From Patescibacteria group bacterium (GTDB lineage: Bacteria > Patescibacteriota > Patescibacteriia > UBA1558 > UBA10009): a DNA stretch of 64,000 nt. Position numbers and translations under genes: made by a program. The stretch spans positions 12,012-76,011 of the forward strand of contig JAHITV010000018.1 of NCBI GenBank assembly GCA_018817315.1, read 5' to 3'. Shown piece after piece: positions 1-9,846 of this stretch (the stretch's first letter is position 1; every line of letters begins with the position of its first letter). The notes under the pieces are model-generated. The model searched no databases and was not told the DNA's origin. It saw only the letters and a program-made list of their open reading frames with translations.

Positions 1-378
1 CTTTCTGTCATGGTTACAGAAAAAGGTGGCAAAACTATTGCTGAAGCTTTAAAGATCACTCCTACAGATATTATTAAACGGCTTTCAGGATTGCCCAGTA
101 GAAAAATTCATTGCAGTGTTTTGGGTGATAAAGCTTTGGAAGCGGCTATTAATGATTATTTTCAAAGAACAAATCAAAAAGAAAGGATTAAGGCAAGCGG
201 CTCCAGAGTAATTGATAAAGAATTAAACATTACTGATAAAGATATTGAACAAGCAGTTAAAGACGGAGCTAAAACTTTAGAGGAAGTTCAGCAAAAAACC
301 AAGGTTGGCTTAGGTGATCCTAATTGTTTGCCAGAAGCAGAGGAGTTAGTAAGGTTTTATGTGGAGAAGTATTATTAG
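1..378 (+). CDS. NifU/IscU-like Fe-S scaffold with C-terminal BFD-like domain (5'-truncated by window edge)
   Basis: LSGLPSRKIHCSVLG is the IscU/NifU-N motif. The C-terminal 'IEQAVKDGAKTLEEVQQKTKVG..C' is BFD-like. The frame is open from base 1. Confidence 0.8.
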   Translation, partial: LSVMVTEKGGKTIAEALKITPTDIIKRLSGLPSRKIHCSVLGDKALEAAINDYFQRTNQKERIKASGSRVIDKELNITDKDIEQAVKDGAKTLEEVQQKTKVGLGDPNCLPEAEELVRFYVEKYY

Positions 379-460
379 TAACCAGTAACCAGTAATCAGT
401 AATCAGCCCGCCCGGCACGCCTTTGGCGTAGCCAAGGCGGATGGGTAACCAGTAATCGGG
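376..460. repeat. Heptamer tandem repeat (AGTAACC/AGTAATC) interrupted by a GC-rich hairpin
   Basis: agtaacc agtaacc agtaatc agtaatc, then a GC-rich insert, then gtaacc agtaatc. Confidence 0.7.
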
Positions 461-503
461 GGATTGACTTGTCAATAATTTAGGGCAGGTGTAGGGTAAA
501 AGT

Positions 504-1154
504 ATGGATTATCTTGGTATAAAAATTGACCATTTTGAGCAAAGTGGCTTTAGAATAAAGGCGGAAAATAAGGTTATTTACCTTGATCCCAGCAATCTTA
601 AAGCAGAGCAGGTGGAAAAAGCAGATTTTATTTTAATTACCCATGAGCATTTTGACCATTGCAGTGTTAATGACCTTAAAAAGATCATTGCTCCCGAGAC
701 TATAGTCATTGCTCCGGCTCAGTGCCAGCAACATCTTAAAACTTTAAAAGTAAAGGAGATAATTTATGTTTATCCGAATCAGGCTTTGGCTTTGGATGGC
801 ATAAAAGTGGAAACAGTGCCGGCTTATAATTTAGATAAATTCCGTTCTACTGGAATGGTTTATCATCCTAAAGAAGATGAAAAAGTTGGGTATATTGTAG
901 AAATTCAGGGAGTAAGGATTTATCATGCTGGTGATACTGATAATATTCCAGAAATGGCAAAGCTTTCTCATATTGATATTGCGATGGTACCAGTCAGCGG
1001 GACTTATGTGATGACTTGGCAAGAAGCAGTGGCGGCTTTAGAGGTTATTAAGCCAAAATTAGCCATTCCTATGCATTATGGCAGTATTATAGGCTCAAAA
1101 GAGGACGCAGAAAAACTTAAAAATTCAGCTGATTGTCCTGTAGAAATTATTTAA
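504..1154 (+). CDS. MBL-fold metallo-hydrolase (UlaG/YtkL-like)
   Basis: THEHFDH, YHAGDT and PMHYG motifs. Confidence 0.9.
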   Translation: MDYLGIKIDHFEQSGFRIKAENKVIYLDPSNLKAEQVEKADFILITHEHFDHCSVNDLKKIIAPETIVIAPAQCQQHLKTLKVKEIIYVYPNQALALDGIKVETVPAYNLDKFRSTGMVYHPKEDEKVGYIVEIQGVRIYHAGDTDNIPEMAKLSHIDIAMVPVSGTYVMTWQEAVAALEVIKPKLAIPMHYGSIIGSKEDAEKLKNSADCPVEII

Positions 1155-1212
1155 AAACAGCTATGTTTGTTTTTTTTGTCAGAGTCGGTTATAATTAAGG
1201 TTGCGTTTTGGT

Positions 1213-1221
1213 TTATCCACA
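1213..1221 (+). promoter_or_regulatory. DnaA box upstream of nrdJ
   Basis: Perfect TTATCCACA; a single copy only. Confidence 0.5.
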
Positions 1222-1233
1222 AGGACAAGAAAA

Positions 1234-1282
1234 AATCAATATATAGTGTTATAATAACCCTTGGGACTACTACATCTAGTAG
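1234..1282 (+). promoter_or_regulatory. Tandem NrdR boxes
   Basis: AATCAATATATAGTGT (1234-1249) and CTACTACATCTAGTAG (1267-1282) match acaCwAtATaTwGtgt. They are 33 bp apart and directly upstream of an RNR gene. Confidence 0.75.
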
Positions 1283-1347
1283 TCTCAAATTATCTCAAAT
1301 TAAGGAATAATTAAGCTGAAAAGCAATTTTTTATATAAATTATACTT

Positions 1348-4224
1348 ATGGCTTTATATTCAACTTCAGCTGATGAGAAATTTACCGAAGATTATGCCGT
1401 TAAAACAGCCGAGGAAGAGGAATTTAAGGATAATCATGATAATTTTGTTTCAACTGGTAAAAAAACAGGAGGTTTAGAGGTAAAAAGACACTTCACCAAA
1501 GAAGGCATGCATCCTTATGAGGAAGTTAATTGGGAATTTAGAGAAGCTTCTATTACCAATGACAAAGGAGAGGTAGTTTTTTCCCAAAAGGAGGTGCAAA
1601 TCCCCAGTTCTTGGTCGCAGACCGCCACTAACATTGCTGTTTCCCATTATTTTCGCGGCCGTCTAGGCACTAAAGAAAGAGAAACAAGCGTTAAACAGAT
1701 GGTGGATCGGGTAGCTAAGACCATTACCTCTTGGGGCAAAGAGCAGAATTACTTTAAAACAGAGGAGGACGCGGATATTTATGAGAAAGAATTAACCTAT
1801 TTACTAATTAACCAGTACGCCGCTTTTAATTCACCGGTTTGGTATAATGTTGGTTTAAGCGAGCACCCCCAATGCAGTGCTTGTTTTATTAATTCTGTCC
1901 AGGACGACATGCGTTCCATTCTTAATTTAACAGCTACAGAAGGCATGTTATTTAAATATGGCTCTGGTACCGGCACTAATCTTTCTGTTTTAAGATCCTC
2001 TAAAGAATATCTGTCTGATTCTTCTGGTAAAGCTTCTGGACCAGTATCTTTTATGAAGGGTTTTGATGCTTTTGCCGGAGTAATCAAATCAGGCGGCAAA
2101 ACCAGAAGAGCGGCCAAAATGGTTATTTTAAACATTGATCATCCGGATATAAAAGAATTTATTAATTGTAAAGCTTTAGAAGAAAAAAAGGCCTGGGCTT
2201 TAATAGAAATGGGTTATGACGGAACATTAAATGGTGAAGCTTATGCTTCTGTTTTTTTTCAGAATGCCAATAATAGCGTGCGCGTTACTGATGGGTTTAT
2301 GCAGGCCGTGGAAAATGACGGTCAATGGAAAACCAGATATGTAAAAACTAAAGAAGCAGCTGATACTTACCGTGCCAGAGATTTAATGAAGCAAATAACC
2401 GAAGCTGCTTGGATTTGCGGTGATCCCGGCTTACAGTTTGATACTATCATTAATGAATGGCATACCTGTATTAATTCCGGACGCATTAATGCCTCTAATC
2501 CTTGCAGTGAATTTATGTTTTTGGATGATTCATCCTGTAATTTAGCTTCACTTAACTTAATGAAATTCAGAAACAAAGATAATGGCTTTAATATTGAATC
2601 TTTTAAAAAAGCAGTAGAAATAATTATTATTGCTCAAGAAATAATCGTGGATAACGCCAGTTACCCCACACCAGCCATTACTCAAACTTCTTATGATTTT
2701 AGACCATTGGGTTTAGGTTATGCTAATTTAGGAGCACTATTAATGAGTTTGGGTTTGGGTTATGACGGTGATGAAGGCCGCAATTATGCTGCAGCAATCA
2801 CTTCTTTAATGACTGGACAGGCTTATTTACAATCAGCAAAAACCGCTGCTTTTAAAGGACCTTTTAAATATTTTGAGCTAAATAAAGAGCCAATGTTAAA
2901 AGTTATTGGTATGCATCAGGTTGCTGCCAATAAAATTGACAACAGAGGAGTAGCAGCTAGTTTATTGCAGGCCGGTAAAGAGGTTTGGGACAAAGCTTTG
3001 GTTTTTGGCAAGCAGGCAGGTTTTAGAAATGCTCAAGTTTCTTTACTTGCTCCTACTGGTACTATTGGTTTTTTAATGGATTGTGATACTACCGGTGTTG
3101 AACCGGATATTGCCTTGGTTAAATATAAATGGTTGGTAGGGGGTGGGATGATGAAGATTGTTAATAGTGTTGTGCCTTTAGCTTTGAAAAATTTAGGTTA
3201 TTTACCGGAAGAAATTGATAGTATTTTAGAATATATTGATGAAAACGAAACTATTGAGGGGGCGCCTAAGTTAAAGGAGGAGCATCTACCTGTTTTTGAT
3301 TGCGCCTTTAAACCTAAAAAAGGTAAACGTAGTATTCATTATATGGGGCATATAAAAATAATGGGAGCAGTGCAACCGTTTCTTTCTGGGGCAATTTCTA
3401 AAACTGTTAATATGCCCCATGAAGCTACAACCGAAGATATAGAAGAAGTTTATTTGACTGCTTGGAAACTCGGTATAAAAGCCATTGCTATTTATCGTGA
3501 TGGTTCTAAACGTACTCAACCACTTACTACTTCACTTGATGGTGAAGCAAAAGTTAAAAGCGAGGTAATAAAGCCTGCCAGAAAAAGATTACCGGATGAA
3601 CGGCAAGCCATCACTCATAAATTTTCCATTGCTAATCATGAAGGTTATATGACCGTAGGTTTGTATGAAAACGGAGTACCAGGGGAAATATTTATTACTA
3701 TGTCTAAAGAAGGCAGTGTTATTTCTGGCTTGATGGATTCTTTTGCCACAGCTGTTTCTGTGGGATTGCAATATGGCGTGCCTTTAAAAGTTTTAGTTAA
3801 TCGTTTTATTCATTCCCGTTTTGAACCTTCTGGTTTTACTAATAATCCTAATATTAGAATAGCTAAATCAATCGTGGATTATATTTTTAGATGGTTGGCT
3901 TTAAAATTTTTGCCGCCGGAAGATTTGATGTATGTAGGGCTTAATAATGTGGAGTCGCTAACTAATGGCAATGGCAAAAGTGATTTAGAAAAACTGACAA
4001 AAGTGGCTGATGAAGAAGCTATTAAACATGAAAAGAATGTTAATGAAGATACAGAGGAAGAGAACATAATTTATCAACAGGTGACTATGGATTTAAGAGG
4101 TGATAAAGAAACTTTTGATATGCAATCTGATGCTCCGATTTGCGATACTTGCGGTTCTATGATGGTTAGAAACGGGTCCTGTTACCGGTGTATGAATTGT
4201 GGCAGTACCAGTGGTTGTTCTTAA
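1348..4224 (+). CDS. nrdJ: Vitamin B12-dependent (class II) ribonucleotide reductase with C-terminal TSCPD domain and Zn ribbon
   Basis: FNSPVW, QCSACFI, SNPCSE, APTGTI, GAISKTVN and terminal CxxC..CxxCGSTSGCS. Confidence 0.95.
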   Translation: MALYSTSADEKFTEDYAVKTAEEEEFKDNHDNFVSTGKKTGGLEVKRHFTKEGMHPYEEVNWEFREASITNDKGEVVFSQKEVQIPSSWSQTATNIAVSHYFRGRLGTKERETSVKQMVDRVAKTITSWGKEQNYFKTEEDADIYEKELTYLLINQYAAFNSPVWYNVGLSEHPQCSACFINSVQDDMRSILNLTATEGMLFKYGSGTGTNLSVLRSSKEYLSDSSGKASGPVSFMKGFDAFAGVIKSGGKTRRAAKMVILNIDHPDIKEFINCKALEEKKAWALIEMGYDGTLNGEAYASVFFQNANNSVRVTDGFMQAVENDGQWKTRYVKTKEAADTYRARDLMKQITEAAWICGDPGLQFDTIINEWHTCINSGRINASNPCSEFMFLDDSSCNLASLNLMKFRNKDNGFNIESFKKAVEIIIIAQEIIVDNASYPTPAITQTSYDFRPLGLGYANLGALLMSLGLGYDGDEGRNYAAAITSLMTGQAYLQSAKTAAFKGPFKYFELNKEPMLKVIGMHQVAANKIDNRGVAASLLQAGKEVWDKALVFGKQAGFRNAQVSLLAPTGTIGFLMDCDTTGVEPDIALVKYKWLVGGGMMKIVNSVVPLALKNLGYLPEEIDSILEYIDENETIEGAPKLKEEHLPVFDCAFKPKKGKRSIHYMGHIKIMGAVQPFLSGAISKTVNMPHEATTEDIEEVYLTAWKLGIKAIAIYRDGSKRTQPLTTSLDGEAKVKSEVIKPARKRLPDERQAITHKFSIANHEGYMTVGLYENGVPGEIFITMSKEGSVISGLMDSFATAVSVGLQYGVPLKVLVNRFIHSRFEPSGFTNNPNIRIAKSIVDYIFRWLALKFLPPEDLMYVGLNNVESLTNGNGKSDLEKLTKVADEEAIKHEKNVNEDTEEENIIYQQVTMDLRGDKETFDMQSDAPICDTCGSMMVRNGSCYRCMNCGSTSGCS

Positions 4225-4228
4225 TTTT

Positions 4229-4257
4229 TTGCATTCGGTTGAGTTTTGGTATACAAT
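4229..4257 (+). promoter_or_regulatory. Sigma70-type promoter for the riboswitch-led operon
   Basis: TTGCAT-17 bp-TACAAT. Confidence 0.6.
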
Positions 4258-4279
4258 GTTTATTGTTAATTGAAATAAA

Positions 4280-4490
4280 TTCAGCCTTGTCAAGCTCAGC
4301 TTGACAAGGGGCGATCAGGGAATGGGGTGACTTCTCGACAAGCTCGAAGTTCGAGAATATTCCTCAGCAGTCGCGCTACTGTAATTTAACCTTGATTTTC
4401 TAAGGGTTTTAATATAAGCCCTTCGGGACTTCGACCGAGCTTAGTCGAAGTCTAAACTCAAGGTTGATTAGCCAGAGAACTGATCCTGGA
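4280..4490 (+). ncRNA. Cobalamin riboswitch carrying palindromic insertions
   Basis: AGGGAATGGGGTGA...TTCCTCAGCAGTCGCGCTACTGTAA...TTAGCCAGAGAACTG match the conserved core and B12 box. Downstream genes are B12-related. Confidence 0.85.
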
Positions 4491-4597
4491 TTATTATAAT
4501 TTTACTTACCTTACTTTTCGCGTTAAAGAGGGGTAGTAATTTTCATCTTTTGTTTTCTCAAGGGGTTTTAAAAAGACTCTTTGAAAAAATAAAAGAT

Positions 4598-4632
4598 AAT
4601 TACCCCTCTCTTAAAAAAGAGGGGTAATTTTA
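4598..4632 (+). terminator. Leader terminator hairpin (riboswitch expression platform)
   Basis: AATTACCCCTCT-loop-AGAGGGGTAATT followed by Ts. An alternative AGAGGGGTA upstream (~4527) could compete for pairing. Confidence 0.65.
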
Positions 4633-4670
4633 TGGATTTATTCAATATTAAAAAGTATTAAATAAAAATT

Positions 4671-6452
4671 ATGAAAGCCAGAATTAAAATTTTATTTATG
4701 ACTATTTTAATGGTCATAATCAGTTTCCCTGCTAGCTTATTAGTTAAAGCAGAAGTCAGTCAACTAACAATTGATTATTTATTAGCCCAAACCCAGGATC
4801 AATGGATTACTATGGCTTTAGCTGCCAGCGGTAGCAGTAATCTAGATTTGAGTTATTTGGATAATTTTAGTGGATCTTCTGCTAATGATTTTTCTAAAAC
4901 CGTTCTAGCTTTAACCGCAGCTAGTCAGAATCCCTACAATTATAACGGCACTGACTTTATTCAAGGACTTAGTAATTATTATCAGAATAATCAGATCGGT
5001 TCACCGTCTTTATTAAGCGATGATTTTTGGGCTATTCTGGCTTTACGGTCAGCTGGCGTAGAAATCAGCGATAACATTATTCAAGACAGCAAAAATTTTA
5101 TTTTAACTAATCAAAATCCAGACGGCGGCTGGAGTTATGCACCAGGAACTGAAAGTGATACTAATGATACGGCAGCTGCTATAATGGCTTTGTTAGATGC
5201 CGGTCTTTTGTCGAATAATAGTCAGATTCAGTCAGCTGTCAGTTATTTACACGCGCAGCAAAATCCAGACGGCGGCTTTGCTTTTACTGAGGGCGGTCAA
5301 TCAGATTCTGGTTCTGATGCCTGGGTAATCAGTGCCATTTATAAACTAGGAGACGATCCCTTAACCTGGATACAAGGAGAAAATAATCCTCTCGGTCATT
5401 TAGAATCTTTAGGTTTAGCTGACGGTTCGTTTAAATGGATAGCTTCTGATACTCAAGGCAATCCTTTAATGACTGCTTATGCCGCCATAGCTTTAGTTGC
5501 TAAATTTTATCCAGTCAGCTATTATCAGCCTTCTTCCTCCGATTCTCAATTACATCATTTAAGAATTGAAGGAGCAAATAATACTTATTGTGACGCAGAA
5601 GTAGAAGCGGCTAATGCCTTAGAGATTGTGGAAAACGGTGCTACTGTTTGTGGTTATACTTATGAAATTGAACAAACCAGCTGGGGTTCATATTTGGTAG
5701 CTATTAATAATGAAGTTGCCACCGGCACTTTTGGTTGGATGTATCGGGTTAATTGGCTTTCACCTATGGTTGGTGCCAATGATTATATTTTGGAAGAAGG
5801 AGATGAAGTATTATGGGCTTACAGTGAATGGGGCTATCAACCATTAAAGATAAGTTTATCCAACGATCAGGTTCAACTAGGAGAAGAAGTTACAGTCACT
5901 GTAGAATATTTTAATGAAAACGATTGGTTAGCTGCTAATGAAGCCACAGTGTACGCTGGCAGTCAAACTTTGACTACTAATCCCAGTGGGCAAGTTACTG
6001 TTTCTTTTGCTGAAGTTGGTGCTTATAAAATATACGCTGAAAAACAGAATTTTATCCGCAGTCCCAGATTAAGTTTAGTGGTCGGTAGCGGCATTTCCCA
6101 AACAGTGAACATGATTGTGAATATTGATAATTCTACTCCCACAGATTATTTATCCTTTATTATTGATCCTACTGATTTGGATTTTGGCACTTTAAGGCCT
6201 GGTGGAAATACTCTCAATAATCTTACGGTTATTAATAACGGTACAGTTACTTTTCATCTAGAAGCTATAGTTAGCGGAGATTCTTTATTTGAAGGAAATA
6301 CTTACTTAAATGAATCTTTGTGGGAAGATTATAGCGATAATTATGGTGTTAATCAGTCAAAGGAGGTAGAGGTTGATTTAAGAGTTCCAGAAGATTTCAA
6401 CAGCAGTGGTCAAAAAAATGGCAGTTTGATTTTTTGGGCTTCTAGAAATTAA
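4671..6452 (+). CDS. Secreted prenyltransferase/squalene-oxidase-repeat protein with DUF4430 domain (transcobalamin-like, putative B12 binder)
   Basis: Signal peptide, QNPDGGW/QNPDGGF repeats, then 'GSYLVAINN..GWMYRVN..VGANDYILEEGDEVLWAY' (DUF4430) and an Ig-like tail. Confidence 0.8.
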   Translation: MKARIKILFMTILMVIISFPASLLVKAEVSQLTIDYLLAQTQDQWITMALAASGSSNLDLSYLDNFSGSSANDFSKTVLALTAASQNPYNYNGTDFIQGLSNYYQNNQIGSPSLLSDDFWAILALRSAGVEISDNIIQDSKNFILTNQNPDGGWSYAPGTESDTNDTAAAIMALLDAGLLSNNSQIQSAVSYLHAQQNPDGGFAFTEGGQSDSGSDAWVISAIYKLGDDPLTWIQGENNPLGHLESLGLADGSFKWIASDTQGNPLMTAYAAIALVAKFYPVSYYQPSSSDSQLHHLRIEGANNTYCDAEVEAANALEIVENGATVCGYTYEIEQTSWGSYLVAINNEVATGTFGWMYRVNWLSPMVGANDYILEEGDEVLWAYSEWGYQPLKISLSNDQVQLGEEVTVTVEYFNENDWLAANEATVYAGSQTLTTNPSGQVTVSFAEVGAYKIYAEKQNFIRSPRLSLVVGSGISQTVNMIVNIDNSTPTDYLSFIIDPTDLDFGTLRPGGNTLNNLTVINNGTVTFHLEAIVSGDSLFEGNTYLNESLWEDYSDNYGVNQSKEVEVDLRVPEDFNSSGQKNGSLIFWASRN

Positions 6453-6467
6453 AGCAATTTTTCTCAA

Positions 6468-7046
6468 ATGATTATTATGAAAAGAATATTATTAATTTTA
6501 TTTGTTACTTTAGGATGGATTTTAACAGTTTCAGCAGCAGGAATTGCCGTTACTCCCACTAAATTGTTTTTTCAGTCAGAAGTAAAGAGTTCTAAAACTC
6601 AAACATTGACAGTTAAAAATATTTCACCATCGCCTTTGATTTATAATCTTTACAGCGATGAACTTACTGATCAGATTGTTATTCAACCGCAGTCTCTGCG
6701 TTTGGATCCAACTGAAAGCCAGAGAGTAGAAATTACCATAAAGCCACGTTACACAGGCGTTTATATAACCAATATTTCCATTTTGGCTCAAAATTTAGAT
6801 AAACGTGAGTTTAATGCTATTGCTGCTATTAAAGTTCCTTTAGAGATGAGAGTCTTTCCTAAAGAGGGATCATTTTTGTCCAAAATGTATTTATGGTTTA
6901 TAATTAGTTTTACTGCTTTAGTAATTTTGTTAATCATCTTTATAATTATCAGCAAAAGAAAAAAACGTTCGTTTTGGCAGAAAGTCGGACAAGCGGTCAA
7001 TTTACTGGATCATCATAAAAAACCGTGGTGGAAAAAATTTATTTAA
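6468..7046 (+). CDS. Membrane-anchored Ig-like protein
   Basis: Signal peptide, beta-rich 'GIAVTPTKL..LTVKN' domain, C-terminal TM and basic tail. Confidence 0.6.
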   Translation: MIIMKRILLILFVTLGWILTVSAAGIAVTPTKLFFQSEVKSSKTQTLTVKNISPSPLIYNLYSDELTDQIVIQPQSLRLDPTESQRVEITIKPRYTGVYITNISILAQNLDKREFNAIAAIKVPLEMRVFPKEGSFLSKMYLWFIISFTALVILLIIFIIISKRKKRSFWQKVGQAVNLLDHHKKPWWKKFI

Positions 7047-7055
7047 AAATTTGAT

Positions 7056-7616
7056 GTGGATAATATGTCAGAAAACACCTTTGGCAAAATTCATGTTTAT
7101 ACCGGCGATGGTAAGGGTAAAACAACAGCGGCTTTAGGTTTGGCTATTAGAGCGTTGGGTAATAATAAAAAAATAGCTATTATTTATTTTGATAAAGGCG
7201 GAGATTTTTATAATGAAAGAAAAGTTTTAGACCAGTTAATAGGTAATAATTTTCAGTATTTTGTCACTGGTCAGCAAAGATTTGATCCCCTGAAAAAAGT
7301 TTTTAGATTTGGCGTAGAAGCAGAGGACAAAGCTGAAGCTTTAAGGGGATTAAACATTATTGAAAGATTATTCAATGAGGCCACCGTAGATTTATTGATT
7401 CTGGACGAAATCAATCCAGCCATTCATTTAGGTTTAGTGGAACTGGAAATGTTTTTGAAAATTCTGGAAAAAAGACCTTCCCAGATAGAATTGATTTTAA
7501 CCGGCCGTAATGCAACTCCTCAAGTTTTAGCCAAAGCAGATTTAATCACAGAAATGAAGGAAGTTAAACATTATTTTAATGAAGGCCTTAAAGCCAGAGA
7601 AGGTATAGAATATTAA
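7056..7616 (+). CDS. btuR: Cob(I)alamin adenosyltransferase (CobO/BtuR)
   Basis: IHVYTGDGKGKTTAALG, LILDEI, LTGR, ADLITEM..KH, GIEY. Confidence 0.92.
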   Translation: MDNMSENTFGKIHVYTGDGKGKTTAALGLAIRALGNNKKIAIIYFDKGGDFYNERKVLDQLIGNNFQYFVTGQQRFDPLKKVFRFGVEAEDKAEALRGLNIIERLFNEATVDLLILDEINPAIHLGLVELEMFLKILEKRPSQIELILTGRNATPQVLAKADLITEMKEVKHYFNEGLKAREGIEY

Positions 7617-7633
7617 GAATTTAATAATAAATT

Positions 7634-8074
7634 ATGAAAAATATTAAATTTGTTATCATTGCTTTAATTTTTTTGGTGGTAGGGTTTTTTGCTGGTCAAA
7701 GTTATCAGTTAAATCCCGTTGTTCAAAACTCAACCGTGGAGAATAAAGAACAGCAGGAATTATCTGATATTACTATTTCAATCAAGTTTGACGAGAATAA
7801 TATCAGAGAGATTCAGAATTTAATTATTTCCCAAGATCAAACAGTTTTGGATTTACTTACCAAAGTTGCCGAGGAAAATGATCTAGCTTTTAAAACCCAG
7901 GATTACGGCGATTTAGGTATGCTAGTCACTCAAATAGGGGATAAAGTTAATGGTCAGAATAATAAATATTGGCAGTATTATATTAATGGAGAATTTGCTG
8001 CTGTCGGTGCCGATCAATATAAACTTACAGGCAAAGAAAGAATAGAATGGCAATTTAGCGAAAGTGAATTTTAA
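7634..8074 (+). CDS. Membrane-anchored DUF4430 protein
   Basis: N-terminal TM; 'GMLVTQIG..YWQYYINGEFAAVGADQYKL..IEW'. Confidence 0.85.
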   Translation: MKNIKFVIIALIFLVVGFFAGQSYQLNPVVQNSTVENKEQQELSDITISIKFDENNIREIQNLIISQDQTVLDLLTKVAEENDLAFKTQDYGDLGMLVTQIGDKVNGQNNKYWQYYINGEFAAVGADQYKLTGKERIEWQFSESEF

Positions 8075-8101
8075 TTAATAATTTTTTATAATATCAACTA
8101 T

Positions 8102-8653
8102 ATGAAAAGTAAAACTTTAATTTTGGGAATTTTAATTTTATTTATTGTTGGTCTGGTTATGAGACTAGCACCACATCCAGCAAATTTTAGCCCAGTGGCA
8201 GCTATAGCTTTATTTGCTGGTTATTATCTATCTAAAAGATGGGCAATTATTCTGCCAATAGCGGTAATGTTGTTAACAGATATCTTGATAGGTTTTTATG
8301 ATTGGAAATTAATGCTGGCGGTGTACAGTTGTATAATGCTGGCAGGTGTAGTTGGCATAATAATCAGAAAAAGTAAGAGTGTTTTGAATGTGTTAACTGC
8401 TACTTTGGTAATTTCTTTAAGCTTTTTTATTGTCACTAATTTAGCAGTCTGGTTATTTTCTCCTTGGTATGCCCATAATTGGTCTGGTTTGATGTTATGT
8501 TATACTTTAGCGGTGCCATTCTTTAAAAACACTTTAGCAGGAAATCTATTTTTTGTAACTGTTTTCTTTGGCAGTTTTGAATTAATTAGACAGTTTTTAG
8601 CTAAAGGAGTTATTGATTTAAGACAGAATTATAAATCAACATTTTTGAAATAA
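8102..8653 (+). CDS. Putative cobalamin transporter S-component-like membrane protein (DUF6580/CblT-like)
   Basis: RLAPHPANFSPVAAIALF, FFIVTNLAVW, CYTLAVPFFKNTLAG; multiple TM segments. Confidence 0.75.
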   Translation: MKSKTLILGILILFIVGLVMRLAPHPANFSPVAAIALFAGYYLSKRWAIILPIAVMLLTDILIGFYDWKLMLAVYSCIMLAGVVGIIIRKSKSVLNVLTATLVISLSFFIVTNLAVWLFSPWYAHNWSGLMLCYTLAVPFFKNTLAGNLFFVTVFFGSFELIRQFLAKGVIDLRQNYKSTFLK

Positions 8654-8669
8654 ATTATCCTTTGATTAT

Positions 8670-8714
8670 AAAAAACCTTGTATCGAATCAAGCTTGATGG
8701 TACAAGGTTTTTTT
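8670..8714 (+). terminator. Rho-independent terminator closing the B12 operon
   Basis: AAAAAACCTTGTA...TACAAGGTTTTTT. Confidence 0.7.
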
Positions 8715-8753
8715 GTTGCAGACAATTTTAAAATTTTTTGCTATAATAATTAT

Positions 8754-9791
8754 ATGAATATCAATAAATTTTTTGAAACAGCGGTAGAAAAACAGGCTTC
8801 GGATATCCATTTAATAGTGGGTAAGCCGCCTATTTTAAGAATCAATGGCCAGTTATCACCCATTCCTAAGATAGAAATTCTTAATCAACTAGAGCTGGAA
8901 AAATTTATTTTTTCTTTACTAACCCCTAATCAAAAGGAGAAATTTATAAAACGTCGTGATCTGGATTTTTCTTATGAAACCAGTGATGGTTCACGTTTTC
9001 GTGTTAACATTTTATGGGAGAAAGATAATGTTGGGTTGGTAGCCAGAATTATTTCTTCTGATGTACCGACGATGGAAGAAGTGGGTTTACCAAGAGTAGT
9101 TTATGATATGATTTGTGCTCGTCAGGGATTAGTTTTGGTTACTGGTCCTACTGGTTGCGGCAAATCTACTTCTCTGGCAGCCATGATTAATCAGATAAAC
9201 AATGAGCGAGCAGTGAACATTGTTACTTTAGAGGATCCTATTGAATATATTTTTAAACCAGAAAAAAGCATTATTATGCAACGTCAGTTAGGCACTGATA
9301 TGATAAGCTTTCAAAGCGCTTTAAAACACGTGGTTCGCCAGGATCCAGATGTTATTATGGTGGGTGAGATGCGTGATTTTGAAACTATTGCCGCTACTTT
9401 AACTTTAGCTGAAACCGGACATTTGGTCTTAGCCACTTTGCATACTTATAATTCCAGCCAGACTATTGATCGCATTGTTGATGTTTTTCCTCCCTTTCAA
9501 CAAAATCAAATCAGATTACAGTTGTCTTTATCTTTAAACGGGGTTATTAGCCAGCAGTTACTGCCTAAAAAGGGTGGTGGCAGAATAGCAACTAGAGAAG
9601 TTTTAATTAATAATCCGGCCATTGTTAACATTATTAGAGAAAACAAGATCCCCCAAATAAAAACTGCCATTCAAACCAGCGCTGATGAAGGCATGTTTAC
9701 CTTACAGCAAGATTTAAGACGATTACTTAAAGAGGGATTAGTTGAAAAAGAGGTGGTAGAATATTATTTGCAGACTCTACCCAAGATATAA
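8754..9791 (+). CDS. pilT: Type IV pilus retraction ATPase PilT
   Basis: ASDIHL, GPTGCGKST, EDPIE, QDPDVIMVGEMRD, AETGHLV. Start placed at ATG 8754. Confidence 0.92.
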   Translation: MNINKFFETAVEKQASDIHLIVGKPPILRINGQLSPIPKIEILNQLELEKFIFSLLTPNQKEKFIKRRDLDFSYETSDGSRFRVNILWEKDNVGLVARIISSDVPTMEEVGLPRVVYDMICARQGLVLVTGPTGCGKSTSLAAMINQINNERAVNIVTLEDPIEYIFKPEKSIIMQRQLGTDMISFQSALKHVVRQDPDVIMVGEMRDFETIAATLTLAETGHLVLATLHTYNSSQTIDRIVDVFPPFQQNQIRLQLSLSLNGVISQQLLPKKGGGRIATREVLINNPAIVNIIRENKIPQIKTAIQTSADEGMFTLQQDLRRLLKEGLVEKEVVEYYLQTLPKI

Positions 9792-9846
9792 AAACGGTGA
9801 TCAATATGGCGCTTAATTAGCTGGCGCTTTTTATTATCATAAAATC

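Noticed and set aside
376-460. CRISPR array (here and at 57995-58093)
   Set aside because: These are 7-bp tandem units without unique spacers, and there are no cas genes in the window.
1213-1221. Replication origin
   Set aside because: Only one DnaA box, no dnaA/dnaN nearby; better explained as nrdJ regulation.
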